Origin: Polyangiaceae bacterium | GTDB lineage: Bacteria; Myxococcota_A; Polyangia; Polyangiales; Polyangiaceae | Assembly (NCBI GenBank): GCA_035351535.1 | Contig: DAOPWJ010000028.1 | Location: 1-64,000, forward strand | DNA length: 64,000 nt | Direction: 5' to 3' | Shown here: piece after piece, positions 37,171 to 47,958 of the stretch | How the letters are laid out: every line of letters starts with the position of its first letter | Position numbering within the stretch: the stretch's first letter is position 1 | The notes under the pieces: generated by a model | Database searches by the model: none | What the model was told of the DNA's origin: nothing | What the model saw: only the letters and a program-made list of their open reading frames with translations | Position numbers and translations under genes: made by a program

Positions 37171-37809
37171 GCTCGACAGCCTAGTCGCACGTCGATACGG
37201 TGGCCACCACAACACCCATTATTCCTGGCAAATACCACCGTGATCGGTGCAATCCCTGCGCCCGTGCCATGCCACCAAACCCTTCGCGAAAATGTCGAAT
37301 AGTCTCCCCCTTTTTCGTCCGCATGCACCAGCCCGTCATGCATCGGTACACGGATGCACCCGAGCGCCCACTCTCCTGTCGCAAGGCCGTGACTGCCCCG
37401 AGAGGTATGCGTCAAATGGCCGTAAAACCCAATACTGTCGTAGAAATCGGTCGCGCAACCCCGGGCCCGCAAAACGTCGCGTGAAAGATGGAGACGACAA
37501 CCGAAAAATATCTCGTCCTGAACCTGATAAGGCCTGCCTCCCTGCAAGGACAGCATGCCTCCAAGCCTGATACAAGTTCGAGACGCCTCTCGAGTGTGCC
37601 CGTAATATCGATCCGTAATACAATCAAGCCCCGCCACAGCGATAGCTTGAATGGCCTAATCACCCATCTGGGTCCTCGATGCGGAATCCCGTTCTCAGTC
37701 CAATTCAATACGTTAGACAAACGGCCCCCTCGGCCTTCTCCAACCTCCCGCCAGCGTTCTCGCTTCTCCAAGCAGCTTCTCCCACCCAATTCCCGATACC
37801 GGAGGGAAA

Positions 37810-39138
37810 TCACACCCCGGAAAACTGCACTTCATGGAACCGCATCGAAGGGGTCCGTGCCCCACGATACGGGTATGGATCCGAACCAAGCTCCGCCAAG
37901 GCTTGCCAGAACGTGAGGTGGTTGCCCGCAAGATTCATTTCGGCCACGGGTTTGACGATACGCCCGGACTCCACCCAATGCCCCCGGATGCCAATCGAAA
38001 AATCACCCGTCGCTGCATTGGAATTGCCCCCGGAAAACCCCGTGACGAGGATTCCTCTTCCCATCGTGCGCAACAATCCCGCAAGATCTTGTTTTCCTTT
38101 GGGAAATACTAGATTGCTCGTCTCCCCGACCGTCGGCTCCCACCCCAATTTGGAAGCGTAATAGGTATCCAACAAATACGTTCGCAAAACTCCTTTTTCG
38201 AAAATCGGACGACGTCGGGTGCTCATCCCTTCGTAATCATACGTTCGAGAAGCCGCCCCCTTTGGCAGCAGAGGGTCATCGTCGATGTGAAGGAGGATCG
38301 ACCCCACCTTTTCTCCGAGTTTACCCGACATATACGAGCGTTTTTGCTGCAAGGAGTTGCCCCCCAACGGCCCCAATAGCCCCCCGAGCAAACGATCCGC
38401 CACCCGGTTCTCAATGATACAAGGATACTTACCACTCTTCCAAGGGGTTTCTCCAATCCCCGCCAACGCCCTTCGCACCGCTTCTTTGCCCATGAGGTCC
38501 ATCGAAGGAAGTTCGGCATAATGATGAGTAGCAGCGTAGTCTCCCCCGGAAGGTTTTCGATCCCCTTCGCCTCGAACCGTAGCGGAAGCCGAGCGAGCGA
38601 AAACCGAAGATTCCCGCTCGCCTTTCGTGCCCTGACTATCCCTCATCGCGCTCATCGTGTGGTAGACACGCATCGCTCCCGTAGCCGAAAGGATGAGATC
38701 CGCGCCCTCGGCCTGCCGCATCGCTCGTTCCAGCTCCATCGCCTGCTTTTTTTGCGCCGCACCGTCGATGACACCAAGATTGTCCCTGTCCAACAGCAGA
38801 AGATCGCCCTCAAACCTCTCTTGGCAGCGCTCCAAAGGGGGAAGCTTGCGATGGGGATCCGGCTGAAGCACCTTGGTCATCGCCACCGACTCGGCCACGA
38901 AAAGCTCCATGGCTTCCGGACGCAAATCGCTTGTCGTGTGGGAAGAATAACGCCCATCGACAAATAAGGAGATGGAAAGGCCCTTGTGGACAGACTCACG
39001 CAAGCGGTCGAGCTTCCCATCGCGCCACTCCACACCACTTTCCCGCATGCGCCATACGCTTGCCCGCGCCGCCGCTGCGCCCTGCCGTTTCGCCAAAATA
39101 AGCGCATTTTCAACAAGTTGCATAAGCGTCGCGTTCAT
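37810..39138 (-). CDS. pmbA: PmbA/TldE-family metalloprotease subunit
   Basis: TldD/PmbA family signature along the whole length (…GGNSLQQKRSYMSGKLGEKVGS…). Start at MNATLMQ, overlapping the upstream tldD stop (ATGA). Confidence 0.8.
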   Translation of the reverse strand: MNATLMQLVENALILAKRQGAAAARASVWRMRESGVEWRDGKLDRLRESVHKGLSISLFVDGRYSSHTTSDLRPEAMELFVAESVAMTKVLQPDPHRKLPPLERCQERFEGDLLLLDRDNLGVIDGAAQKKQAMELERAMRQAEGADLILSATGAMRVYHTMSAMRDSQGTKGERESSVFARSASATVRGEGDRKPSGGDYAATHHYAELPSMDLMGKEAVRRALAGIGETPWKSGKYPCIIENRVADRLLGGLLGPLGGNSLQQKRSYMSGKLGEKVGSILLHIDDDPLLPKGAASRTYDYEGMSTRRRPIFEKGVLRTYLLDTYYASKLGWEPTVGETSNLVFPKGKQDLAGLLRTMGRGILVTGFSGGNSNAATGDFSIGIRGHWVESGRIVKPVAEMNLAGNHLTFWQALAELGSDPYPYRGARTPSMRFHEVQFSGV

Positions 39139-40709
39139 GCTCCCCTCCCACCCACGGAAATACCACTCACTTTTAAGGTCGGTAATCCAAAACCCACCGG
39201 AACGCCCTGCCCATCCTTGCCACAATAGCCAGCCCCGGTGATATGCTTCAAATCGTTGCCGATCATCGCCACCTTCTCGAGAACGTTTGGGCCATTGCCG
39301 ATGAGGTTCGCATCCTTGATCACATGGGTCAGTTTCCCATCTTCGATGAGCCTTCCGTGTTTCAAATAGAAGGTAAAATCCCCGGCACCAATCATCACCT
39401 GTCCGTTGGTGAAGATCTCGGCGTAAATCCCCTTTTTGACGGAAGCGATGATCTCCTCCGGGCTTTCTTTCCCCGCAAGCATATAAGTGTTGCGCATTCG
39501 CGGCACCGGTGGATAACAATAGGATTCACGACGTCCCGAGCCTGTACGGGGCGCCTTGAAGTGCTGCGCTGAAATACGGTCGTGCAAATAGGTGCGTAAT
39601 ACGCCGTTTTCCACCAATACCGTCTCCTCGGTGGGATGCCCTTCATCGTCGATGTTGAGCGAACCACGCTGTCGTCCAGTGCCCCCATCCACGATGGTCA
39701 CACCCTCCGGAGCGATTCTTTTTCCAATCCGGTTCGCATAAATCGAAATCCCCTTGCGATTGAAATCCGCTTCCATCCCGTGCCCAATGGCCTCGTGCAA
39801 GAGCAGTCCTGGATTTCCTGGCCCAAGGACGACCGGCATGTCTCCCACCGGCGGAGACACGGCTTCAAAAAGCAACACCGTATTGCGCGCTGCCGTGGTT
39901 CCCGTGTCGTCGATATGAGCTGGCGTGAGAAAACGAATCCCATCGCGCTGGGCGAAGGTCCAGTACCCCGTCTCAGTTTTTCCCTTGTTTTCTCCTACAC
40001 AGGACACGGAAAGGACGCCCATGGGCCGCTCGTCGGCGACCAGCAGCCCCTCGGAATTGGCGATCAGGATGTGGGAGGTCTCATCTTGAAGAGCCACCGT
40101 CACCTTGATGATTCGCGTATCATGATTTCGCGCCGCTTTTTCCGCCCGCTGAACGATCGGAAGCTTGCGGTCGATGCCGACTTCGGTCCACGGCGTTTCC
40201 ACGGTGTAGCGAGACACGACGATACGAGGCGTGAGGGTTATCGAACGCGGGCTGGAAGGGCCATCGGCCACCGCGGAAGCCATGTCCGCGGCTTCGAGCA
40301 AGGCCCCGGGCGTCAGGTCCTCCGTAAATGAAAATCCGGTCGTATCCCCTTGAATCACGCGAATGCCCGCGCCAAGACCCACCTCGGAATAGGCCCTATT
40401 GACCTCGCCATCTTCCATACCCACCCAATGCGATACCCTGTGCTGCAAAAATATTTCCGAAAAAGAAGCCCCCCGCGACAACGCCCGGGATAATACCTTG
40501 CGTATCAATCCCTCATCGACACCGAAAGCATCAAAATGACTCACGCTCACCGCTCCCGAATCCTTGCCCGGTTCCTGCAAACTCGGTGACTTGGAAGTCA
40601 AACGCTGGATTTCCGTGCGACCACAACCCGCCACGAAAGGCAGCGATACGGTAGCCGCACCGTAGCCCATGACTTGCAATAAGTCCCTGCGATCCAGAGA
40701 AGTGGACAT
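39135..40709 (-). CDS. tldD: TldD-family metalloprotease with N-terminal twin-arginine (Tat) lipoprotein signal
   Basis: TldD HExxxGH-type region (LLHEAIGHGMEAD). N-terminus MSTSLDRRDLLQVMGYGAATVSLPFVAGC is an RR-x-LL Tat motif plus lipobox. Confidence 0.8.
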   Translation of the reverse strand: MSTSLDRRDLLQVMGYGAATVSLPFVAGCGRTEIQRLTSKSPSLQEPGKDSGAVSVSHFDAFGVDEGLIRKVLSRALSRGASFSEIFLQHRVSHWVGMEDGEVNRAYSEVGLGAGIRVIQGDTTGFSFTEDLTPGALLEAADMASAVADGPSSPRSITLTPRIVVSRYTVETPWTEVGIDRKLPIVQRAEKAARNHDTRIIKVTVALQDETSHILIANSEGLLVADERPMGVLSVSCVGENKGKTETGYWTFAQRDGIRFLTPAHIDDTGTTAARNTVLLFEAVSPPVGDMPVVLGPGNPGLLLHEAIGHGMEADFNRKGISIYANRIGKRIAPEGVTIVDGGTGRQRGSLNIDDEGHPTEETVLVENGVLRTYLHDRISAQHFKAPRTGSGRRESYCYPPVPRMRNTYMLAGKESPEEIIASVKKGIYAEIFTNGQVMIGAGDFTFYLKHGRLIEDGKLTHVIKDANLIGNGPNVLEKVAMIGNDLKHITGAGYCGKDGQGVPVGFGLPTLKVSGISVGGRGA

Positions 40710-41325
40710 GGATTTGCCTCATTTTCCAAGGGTTTTCCCTGGTCTACCGGAGAACCTTCGAAGACGCCAACGGAAAAAGTCTCCACCCGTCATCTTGGCC
40801 GATCCCGCCGGGACTTCCATGCTTTTTCGAGCATGTGCCCTGCCAACGCAACACCCCCTTGACGCGTTCCCATGGTGGTTGACTACACCCAAAACGACCG
40901 CTGCAGCCCCAAGCGCCCACCACGTCGATACTGCATCATAACGAGTTCACCGCATTGACATACTTCCTTGTTGAGCCTTTTCGACAGGTTGGATCTCGAC
41001 CAGGGCGGGCTCGTGTTGCGCCATCACGACTCTGTCGGCGATGCCGAGGTTTTTCCCCGCAGCGGCGTCGATAGCCGGATACTCCCACGCCACAAGACTC
41101 CCGAGCCATGGACGAGCACAGATTCATATTCATCAATTATTTCCATTGCTTACACATTAATCACCCATGCCGATGCGTTCAACCTTGCGGAAACGAAAGC
41201 CTGTCCCGCTCATTCGCTTTGAAACCGCGTCATCGGGTTGTCTTGCAACCAGATAGTCGCCGGAACTCTCCACTCCCGCACAACTCGACCTTGCTCCCAT
41301 CACCGCATCACTGTATCCTTGGAGA

Positions 41326-42819
41326 ATGAAACGCGCGCTTTGCCTCGCGGCGCTCGTCATTGTCCCACCCGCTTGCGCCGCGGACCGCGAGAGCCACGTT
41401 TCCGCCGGAGCGACCAATCCTGTGCTCGACGCCAGCATCGACCCGGATGATGTTTCTGATTCCTATATTCCATGGGATGGTTCGCCCGAAGAGCCCACCC
41501 CAGTCGATGCTTCCGATGAAATCGGCGGGGATTCATCGATCGACTCGTCTAAGGATGCCGGGGAGGAAAGCGCCATCGAGCCGTTCATCCCGGCCGAATT
41601 GCGGGTGGGGCTGATCCACACCGGACCTTCCCCCCAGACGACACCTGCCACATGGAATGCCCACCTGCCGAAAATCGTGGGCGACGGCGCATTCTGGTAT
41701 GCGGTCCATACCCATTATCCCCCCTCCGTAGCGGATCGTTATGCGGCAATCATGAGACGCGAGGCCGGAAGCGCCCTCCATGCTTGGGTGGAAGTTGCGC
41801 GTATCGCTTATCCGCATCAGTCCCCTGGGATCGTGATGGACATATCGCAGCGGCTGCACCTCATCTTCGATTGTATGCGCCCCGCCACGCAAGATGTGCT
41901 CTGTTTTCCAGGAGGAGCGGGGACGACGGGAAGAAACTCGCGATTCTACCACCTGATCTTCTCCACGCGGGATGGCAGCGGCGCGCTCCGTTTCGATACC
42001 TACAGCAACCATGACGAATGGACCGCGGAGTCCAACGGCTACCAGGGAATCGCAACCACCACCGACGGGGTGACAGTATGGGCACTGGCCGACTCTGCCT
42101 GGGGACGTGTGGTACAGTGGTGGTACAGCGGTGCGCAATACGGCACCATCGGCACGTTGACAGCCGCCCCCGCATACCTGCTTTATCCAATCTTGACCGG
42201 ACACCCGTCCCTCGGTTCTTCACAACTCATCCTTTACGCCGGGGAGTTCGACCCCGCGGGGGGCAATAACGCAAGCTACCTCGCTTCCACCGCCTACGTT
42301 GGAAATACGTCGTCGCTGAGCCAATTATTCCGTCGTGCGCCAGCGCAACCCGTTCCAGGCATAGTCAGCGCCTATCCCTCGGACCTCGAACACGACGCGC
42401 AGGGCACGTTGTACGCGCTCTCCTATTTACCGAAAAGTGAAAAACAATGCACGGAACTCCTTCGCTTCGACAGCGAGCTCGCGCAGCCGCCCACGATCGT
42501 GCCAGTGGGATGCGTAAGCAACTACGCCAAGCTCAAATTCGCTAGCCATGGAGCGCTATACCTGCTCGACGCCGGCCCCGGCGCGACTATATCCCTTGGC
42601 GTGAGCATGGACCGGGGCGATAGCTGGACATGGCATTCGGTTCCCATCACGGGATTGCCATCCAACGGTGATATTCGCTACGTGGGATATACGCCGGTTA
42701 AGCCCTACACCTCGCCACTTACGTACGAACCAAATCGATGGGTGGTGTTTTTCTCCGGACTCGATGAGTCGAACGGATCGGTGCATAGCTACGTCGGCGA
42801 GATGGATCTGGCGCCGTAA
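41326..42819 (+). CDS. Hypothetical secreted protein (497 aa)
   Basis: Signal peptide MKRALCLAALVIVPPACA. Acidic linker. Beta-rich body with no recognisable motif. Confidence 0.5.
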   Translation: MKRALCLAALVIVPPACAADRESHVSAGATNPVLDASIDPDDVSDSYIPWDGSPEEPTPVDASDEIGGDSSIDSSKDAGEESAIEPFIPAELRVGLIHTGPSPQTTPATWNAHLPKIVGDGAFWYAVHTHYPPSVADRYAAIMRREAGSALHAWVEVARIAYPHQSPGIVMDISQRLHLIFDCMRPATQDVLCFPGGAGTTGRNSRFYHLIFSTRDGSGALRFDTYSNHDEWTAESNGYQGIATTTDGVTVWALADSAWGRVVQWWYSGAQYGTIGTLTAAPAYLLYPILTGHPSLGSSQLILYAGEFDPAGGNNASYLASTAYVGNTSSLSQLFRRAPAQPVPGIVSAYPSDLEHDAQGTLYALSYLPKSEKQCTELLRFDSELAQPPTIVPVGCVSNYAKLKFASHGALYLLDAGPGATISLGVSMDRGDSWTWHSVPITGLPSNGDIRYVGYTPVKPYTSPLTYEPNRWVVFFSGLDESNGSVHSYVGEMDLAP

Positions 42820-43176
42820 TGCCCGGGCCGCGAACGGAAGCGTCGCGAGATGGCCACCCCCTCGACAGCAAGACCGCTGCCAAGCTCCAAAGCGCGAAGA
42901 TTCATCCCATGATTTCCAAGGCAAGCCGCTCGTTTTTCAACATCCTCCTCAAGGCTCCCCCCAATATCCACCGCACTATCGCATAGACTACGATCCATGA
43001 AAGCTCGTCTCCCCCGCGCACGAGCAGCCGGGATGTGACAAATCTGTCGTATCTCGCTCATTCCAATGTCCTTATCGGGACTGCTTCGCAGACCTCCCTG
43101 TCGAAAAACGTCCACCCGCGGTGCCATTATCACAGGACCATAGCAGGAAAGATCGCTGGAACTTACCCGCGTTGGC

Positions 43177-46100
43177 CTAGATACCGTACTCAGCGCGCTC
43201 GATCAGCTCGAGCTGCATCTGCTTGTTCAGCGTGACGAAATAGGCATTATACCCGGAAATCCGCACGAGCAAATTGCGATAGTTCTCCGGATGAACCATC
43301 GCGTCGCGAAGGGTATCGGACGTGACTGCGTTGAGCTGCATTTGCATGCCCCCCAGCGAAAAATAGGACTTCACGTACGCGGCCATCGTGTCGACCGTCC
43401 GCTCCCGCGACTCATGGGCCGATGGCACCACCTTCACATTGAAGGCAATATTGTTCGGCATATTGGCCGGATCCAACCTGGCCACATCACGGATATTGTC
43501 CAATAGGTTCGGCGATGCCCCCGGTGTGGGAGTCAGACCTGGCGTAAATGGCTTGCCCGCCAACCGCCCCGACGGCAAAGCTCCAGCCAGCGTGCCGTAA
43601 GATACATGCGTAGACATCGACCAGAACCCAGCCGCATAACGGCCTCCCCGGTAGTTGGTATACCGATCATACAGCGACTGCACCATCTTGGTAATGCGGT
43701 TGCCCATCGCCACGGCGTCTTCGTTGCCCGAGCCAAAAAGCGCTACTTTGTGGGATACCTGCGCCAATAACAGCGGATCGTTGGCGAAATTCGTGTCCAC
43801 TGCCCGCTTGAGGTCAGCGAATGACACAACTCGTTGCTCGAATACGAGCTTCTGGATCACCAACATCGAATCGATGACGTCAACCAGCCCGATGCACGCA
43901 GCCCCAGAACTGTTGTACCTGGCTCCCCCATACGTAACATCCTTTCCCGATGCAATGGTGCCCTCGATCAGGCTGGACAGCAGTGGCGTCGGACGAAGCT
44001 GCTGATGCGCCTTACCCAACATCTCGTTGTACTCGATCGATCGGTCGACCAGAAAAGCCACCTGCTGCCGGTAAGCCTCGAAAAACTGGTCGAAATTCGC
44101 AAAATCGCCAGCCTCGATCGAACCGGTAGATGGTCCCACCTTCCAATCCATCAGCGGATGCCAGCCGTCGTTCAACGCCATCTCCAGCGCCGCCACCAGA
44201 CTGAGCATCTGGAAATTGGTATGGCCGATATGCTTTCCCGACAGCGTCGGCTCCACACACCCGGTCGCCGCCCAATCACGCACGTCACGTACCTCATAGC
44301 CATAGCGGCTCAAGGCCTTCCCCACGACCTCGTCGTTATGCAACGACGGAGTCGCCGCCGTGATCAGATTGACCTCGCAAAGACGCTTCAGGTACGCTTG
44401 GCTGTTTTTGCCCAGATGGAATCTAGCGTTCACATTTGGGTCGCGAAGACTAAGGATTTCAGTGACTTTCAAGAATATATACGTCATATCGCAGACCGCG
44501 TCTTCGCCTTCGGGGGTCACCCCGCCCAGCGTGATCGCTTGATCCGAGGAACTGCCACCAAAGTAGTAGTTGGCCACGTCGGGAGTCAGCGGCAAGTGGT
44601 CCGTGCAGCGCAGCATCAAGTCACCCACCAGTTCAATCGCACGTTTGGTGTAGGCCCGCCGCTGCTCCAAAGTCTCCAACTTGCCCATATCGGCCTCGAA
44701 ATATGGCTGCAGCCACTGGTCCAACCGGCCCATCGACAGCCCGGCATTGGTGCTTTCCATATGCAGCCCCACCCACGTGATCCACACCGAATTCACCGCC
44801 TCATCGAGCGTGCGGGCTGGCCCCACGACCACCTGGCTACAGATCTCGGCCAGTCGGCGCAACTCAGCCGCCCGACTGGGGTCGCTTTCCCGCTCCGCCT
44901 CATACGCCGCTTGCGCCGCCAAATGCCGAGAATAGGTGCCCAACCCCTCCAGCGCGAGAATGAATGCCCGCCGGGTGGTATTACGCTCCTCATCCGAGTC
45001 GGCAGCCATCGCTTCCTCGATCTCGGCGATGATGCCGGACGTTCCCAGCCGCAACATCTTGGGGAAATCCGGGATCGTGTGTGAGATGGTTGCGGTTTTC
45101 CAGTCGAAATAGACCGCAAATCGGTCGTCGATACGCTGGCCCAAAGGCGAACGGTAGTGGTCTCGCACCCATTCCTTGAAGTTGCGACGGCTCCAATAGG
45201 GGAATACATCCTTATGCAGCAATTCTCGGGTCTCCTCCGAGACACCGTAAGGATTCAGAGGTCGATGCGGCACCGTCAGCAGCTCGCCCCAGATCATCGT
45301 CCCATGCCCCTCCGGATAGACAACCACACCGGTTTCCTTGGTAGTTGTCGTGCCGGCAATGAGGTCGTTGGCATGGATGATCGGCCGACGATTCTCCATC
45401 ACATATTGATAGGCCAGGGCTTTGCGCAGCACCGGGTGCCAGGGCTTGCCCTTCGAATCTCGCTCGAAACCGTGTTTTCGATGCCATTCGGTCAATAGTT
45501 TCGGCAATTCTGGGCATACCTCGGCGTCATGGTCGAGGTGCCGGTTCAAAAACTTAGCTAGCCGCGGGAAATCCTTCAAACTGAAATCACGCAAGTAGGG
45601 GTCCTCGAGATATTTCACACCCGGATCGACTTGCGAAGTCGCAATGCGGTAGTCCGCACGCTCGCGCATCTGCCGGGCCAGATCAGGATTCGTGGCACCG
45701 GCTTGTGTGCGACGATCAGCGTTATCGTTACGAAGATCTTTCGCCAGATTCTTGATTTGCTGGCGGAAAAGGAGTCGGGAAATCAGATATACGAACAGGT
45801 TTAGCGATGATGTATTGCCATCGACGTAAAAGTCGTTGCGCAACGTCATGAGGACCTGCTCGGTTGGCGTGGCCGTGAGGAATTTCGTAACTTCAGCGTC
45901 GGATTTGAATACCAGCACGACATCGACGGCCTCGGGAATGCGGCCCATCGCCTTTGCTTTGCCATCTCGAAACCGGATTCCGGTGCGCACGGAGCCAGAG
46001 CGGGTGCGAATGCCGACCACAAGATCGATCCAACCGTCCTTGATACGCAATTCGTCACGCAACCTGGGGTGCCAGGTGTAGAGCTTGGCCATGAGACCGA

Positions 46101-46284
46101 GCAGCCCACGCACGATCAATTGTTGCGGACTGTGGCGCGCCGCATCGCTCACCGCCGGGTCCGGATGAAATGGGCGCATGTCCAGCGGGTCCACCGGGGG
46201 CAGCTTCACAGCGGTCGGTTCGGCCATGGTCATGGCATGCTCGGTTCCGGAAGAAGTGGACGAAGAGGTGTTGGGGAACGTCAT
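43177..46284 (-). CDS. Glycyl radical enzyme (PFL-like fold, single-Cys 'GCVEP' dehydratase/lyase class) with a ~230-aa N-terminal extension; substrate unknown
   Basis: C-terminal glycyl radical motif RISGYNAYFV. Active-site loop TGCVEPT (Cys-x-Glu, not the Cys-Cys of pyruvate formate-lyase). 1035 aa. Confidence 0.9.
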   Translation of the reverse strand: MTFPNTSSSTSSGTEHAMTMAEPTAVKLPPVDPLDMRPFHPDPAVSDAARHSPQQLIVRGLLGLMAKLYTWHPRLRDELRIKDGWIDLVVGIRTRSGSVRTGIRFRDGKAKAMGRIPEAVDVVLVFKSDAEVTKFLTATPTEQVLMTLRNDFYVDGNTSSLNLFVYLISRLLFRQQIKNLAKDLRNDNADRRTQAGATNPDLARQMRERADYRIATSQVDPGVKYLEDPYLRDFSLKDFPRLAKFLNRHLDHDAEVCPELPKLLTEWHRKHGFERDSKGKPWHPVLRKALAYQYVMENRRPIIHANDLIAGTTTTKETGVVVYPEGHGTMIWGELLTVPHRPLNPYGVSEETRELLHKDVFPYWSRRNFKEWVRDHYRSPLGQRIDDRFAVYFDWKTATISHTIPDFPKMLRLGTSGIIAEIEEAMAADSDEERNTTRRAFILALEGLGTYSRHLAAQAAYEAERESDPSRAAELRRLAEICSQVVVGPARTLDEAVNSVWITWVGLHMESTNAGLSMGRLDQWLQPYFEADMGKLETLEQRRAYTKRAIELVGDLMLRCTDHLPLTPDVANYYFGGSSSDQAITLGGVTPEGEDAVCDMTYIFLKVTEILSLRDPNVNARFHLGKNSQAYLKRLCEVNLITAATPSLHNDEVVGKALSRYGYEVRDVRDWAATGCVEPTLSGKHIGHTNFQMLSLVAALEMALNDGWHPLMDWKVGPSTGSIEAGDFANFDQFFEAYRQQVAFLVDRSIEYNEMLGKAHQQLRPTPLLSSLIEGTIASGKDVTYGGARYNSSGAACIGLVDVIDSMLVIQKLVFEQRVVSFADLKRAVDTNFANDPLLLAQVSHKVALFGSGNEDAVAMGNRITKMVQSLYDRYTNYRGGRYAAGFWSMSTHVSYGTLAGALPSGRLAGKPFTPGLTPTPGASPNLLDNIRDVARLDPANMPNNIAFNVKVVPSAHESRERTVDTMAAYVKSYFSLGGMQMQLNAVTSDTLRDAMVHPENYRNLLVRISGYNAYFVTLNKQMQLELIERAEYGI

Positions 46285-47213
46285 ATCGCCTCCAGGCCGA
46301 GATCAACGAGATGTTGGCGCAGTCGGGCTGCCAGGCCGCGGGGCAGCCATGTCCGCATAATATCTAACTCAGTGAATTTGTTAGCAATTCCCAATTGAGG
46401 ACCCTTGTCTACCCAGGTTGGATTGTAATCCAGCAACCGGACTTGACGAACCCCCACATCGAGCAGAAATCGGCCGATCGCCGTCAGGTTTTCTTCCGTC
46501 GCGGTGATATCCGGGACCAGCGGAATGCGCGGCTGCAGATCGAACGTCCCGGCACGGGATAGCTCCACCAACCGCTTGAAATTGGCCAGGATCCGCTCGT
46601 TCGGCACCCCGCAATACGCACGGTGGTCCTCGGAATCCATGAGTTTCAGGTCATAATAGATGGCGTTCAGATGCGGCAGCACCCCTCGTTCGAACGGCTC
46701 CCACCGAAAGTATCCGGCAGTCTCTAAAAGGGTGTGTATACCTTCGGCACGACAGGCCGCGGCAAGTTCCCCAAGCAGCTCCATCGCTAGAGTCGGCTCT
46801 CCCCCGGAAAAGGTGACGCCGCCTCCGGAGGCTTCATAAAAGGGCTTATCCGCGCGAAGCTTGGCCATCAACTCGGCGACGTTGGCTGGCTTACCCACCT
46901 GGCGCAAAGCCCCCGATGGACAGACCGGTACGCAGTCGAAGCATCTGGTGCAGGCCCAACGATTGATGCCGACACCAGGCATGATGGCGTCCTCGGGGCA
47001 GTGGCCACGACATCGGGTACAGCCGGAAATACAATCCGCAACATTAAATGACAACTCAGCGTTTTGACTCAAACTTTCCGGGTTATGACACCATCGGCAC
47101 GACAGCTTACAGCCCTTGAAAAAAACCACCGAGCGAATGCCCGGACCGTCGTCAAGCGCGTTGCCTTTCACCTCGAGCAGCAACGGTTCGTGCTTCGTCA
47201 GAATGGCCGTCAT
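46281..47213 (-). CDS. Glycyl-radical-enzyme activating enzyme (radical SAM) with additional ferredoxin-like 4Fe-4S clusters
   Basis: CRWCHNPE (CxxxCxxC radical SAM motif with the GRE-AE His/Asn pattern). Two further clusters CTRCRGHCPEDAI and CTRCFDCVPVCP. Stop overlaps the GRE start. Confidence 0.9.
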   Translation of the reverse strand: MTAILTKHEPLLLEVKGNALDDGPGIRSVVFFKGCKLSCRWCHNPESLSQNAELSFNVADCISGCTRCRGHCPEDAIMPGVGINRWACTRCFDCVPVCPSGALRQVGKPANVAELMAKLRADKPFYEASGGGVTFSGGEPTLAMELLGELAAACRAEGIHTLLETAGYFRWEPFERGVLPHLNAIYYDLKLMDSEDHRAYCGVPNERILANFKRLVELSRAGTFDLQPRIPLVPDITATEENLTAIGRFLLDVGVRQVRLLDYNPTWVDKGPQLGIANKFTELDIMRTWLPRGLAARLRQHLVDLGLEAI

Positions 47214-47228
47214 CGCTGCTATCCCTCC

Positions 47229-47909
47229 TCACTGCAGGGTTGGCTGCTCACGCGCAGCGGTGGGGTTCAGAGCGAGAATCTCATGGACAACGCTATTTTT
47301 GATCCGTGTGATCATGCGCTCTTTCAGAGAAGCCGGGTCAGGATGCATGTAGTCGATGAGGTGGTTGTGGATGCCTGCGATATAACCATGTAACTGCGTC
47401 CACAGGCGAACCGTGATGAAGTACAGGTCATCCCTTGCTGGCGGCGTGCCGGTGCAGGCAGCGATGGTAGTGGCAGTCAGGCGGAGACTGTCGAGCGCCG
47501 TCTCGAGTTCGACCCGAGCCGTGTTCTCCATCGCCGTGCCCACGTAGTCGTCATACTTGGGCACATGCCAGGTGAACATCAACCCGTATAGGTGTGTATT
47601 GTCGAAGGCAAACGTCACGTAGGCATCGATCAGCGCGTCGAGCCGTTCGAATGGGTTGGTATGGGGTTCGGCCGCTTTGGCAAGAGCCTGACCGAGGCTA
47701 TGAAAGCCGCGGGTGAGCAGACCGAGGTACAATTCGTCTTGGGAGGCGAAGTAGTTGTAGACCGTTTTCGCGGCGATGCCCAGGCGAGCGCCGAGTTTGC
47801 GCATGGAAAAACCTTGCCAACCTGCCTCCACGAACAAGTTCAATGCCTCGTCCAAGATCTGGTTTCGCACGGCTTCGACCTCGTTTTCCGAACGACGGCG
47901 TCTTGGCAT
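47229..47909 (-). CDS. TetR/AcrR-family transcriptional regulator
   Basis: N-terminal HTH (FSMRKLGARLGIAAKTVYNYFASQDEL). Confidence 0.85.
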   Translation of the reverse strand: MPRRRRSENEVEAVRNQILDEALNLFVEAGWQGFSMRKLGARLGIAAKTVYNYFASQDELYLGLLTRGFHSLGQALAKAAEPHTNPFERLDALIDAYVTFAFDNTHLYGLMFTWHVPKYDDYVGTAMENTARVELETALDSLRLTATTIAACTGTPPARDDLYFITVRLWTQLHGYIAGIHNHLIDYMHPDPASLKERMITRIKNSVVHEILALNPTAAREQPTLQ

Positions 47910-47945
47910 GGGGGCTCCTTCCGGTGCGGTTCGTGGATGTAATGC

Positions 47946-47958
47946 TGTTACAATAACA
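47946..47958. promoter_or_regulatory. Candidate TetR operator: inverted repeat TGTTA-CAA-TAACA ~37 bp upstream of the TetR start codon
   Basis: Perfect 5+5 inverted repeat read directly from the sequence, with adjacent GTTAC direct repeats. Confidence 0.3.

Noticed and set aside
43834-45084. 416-aa plus-strand ORF inside the glycyl radical enzyme gene
   Set aside because: Antisense to the GRE. No domain. Arg-rich.
43177-46284. Calling the glycyl radical enzyme a pyruvate formate-lyase (pflB)
   Set aside because: The active-site loop is GCVEP (single Cys + Glu) rather than the PFL Cys-Cys pair, and it is 1035 aa with an extra N-terminal region. Assigned to the dehydratase/lyase GRE class with unknown substrate.
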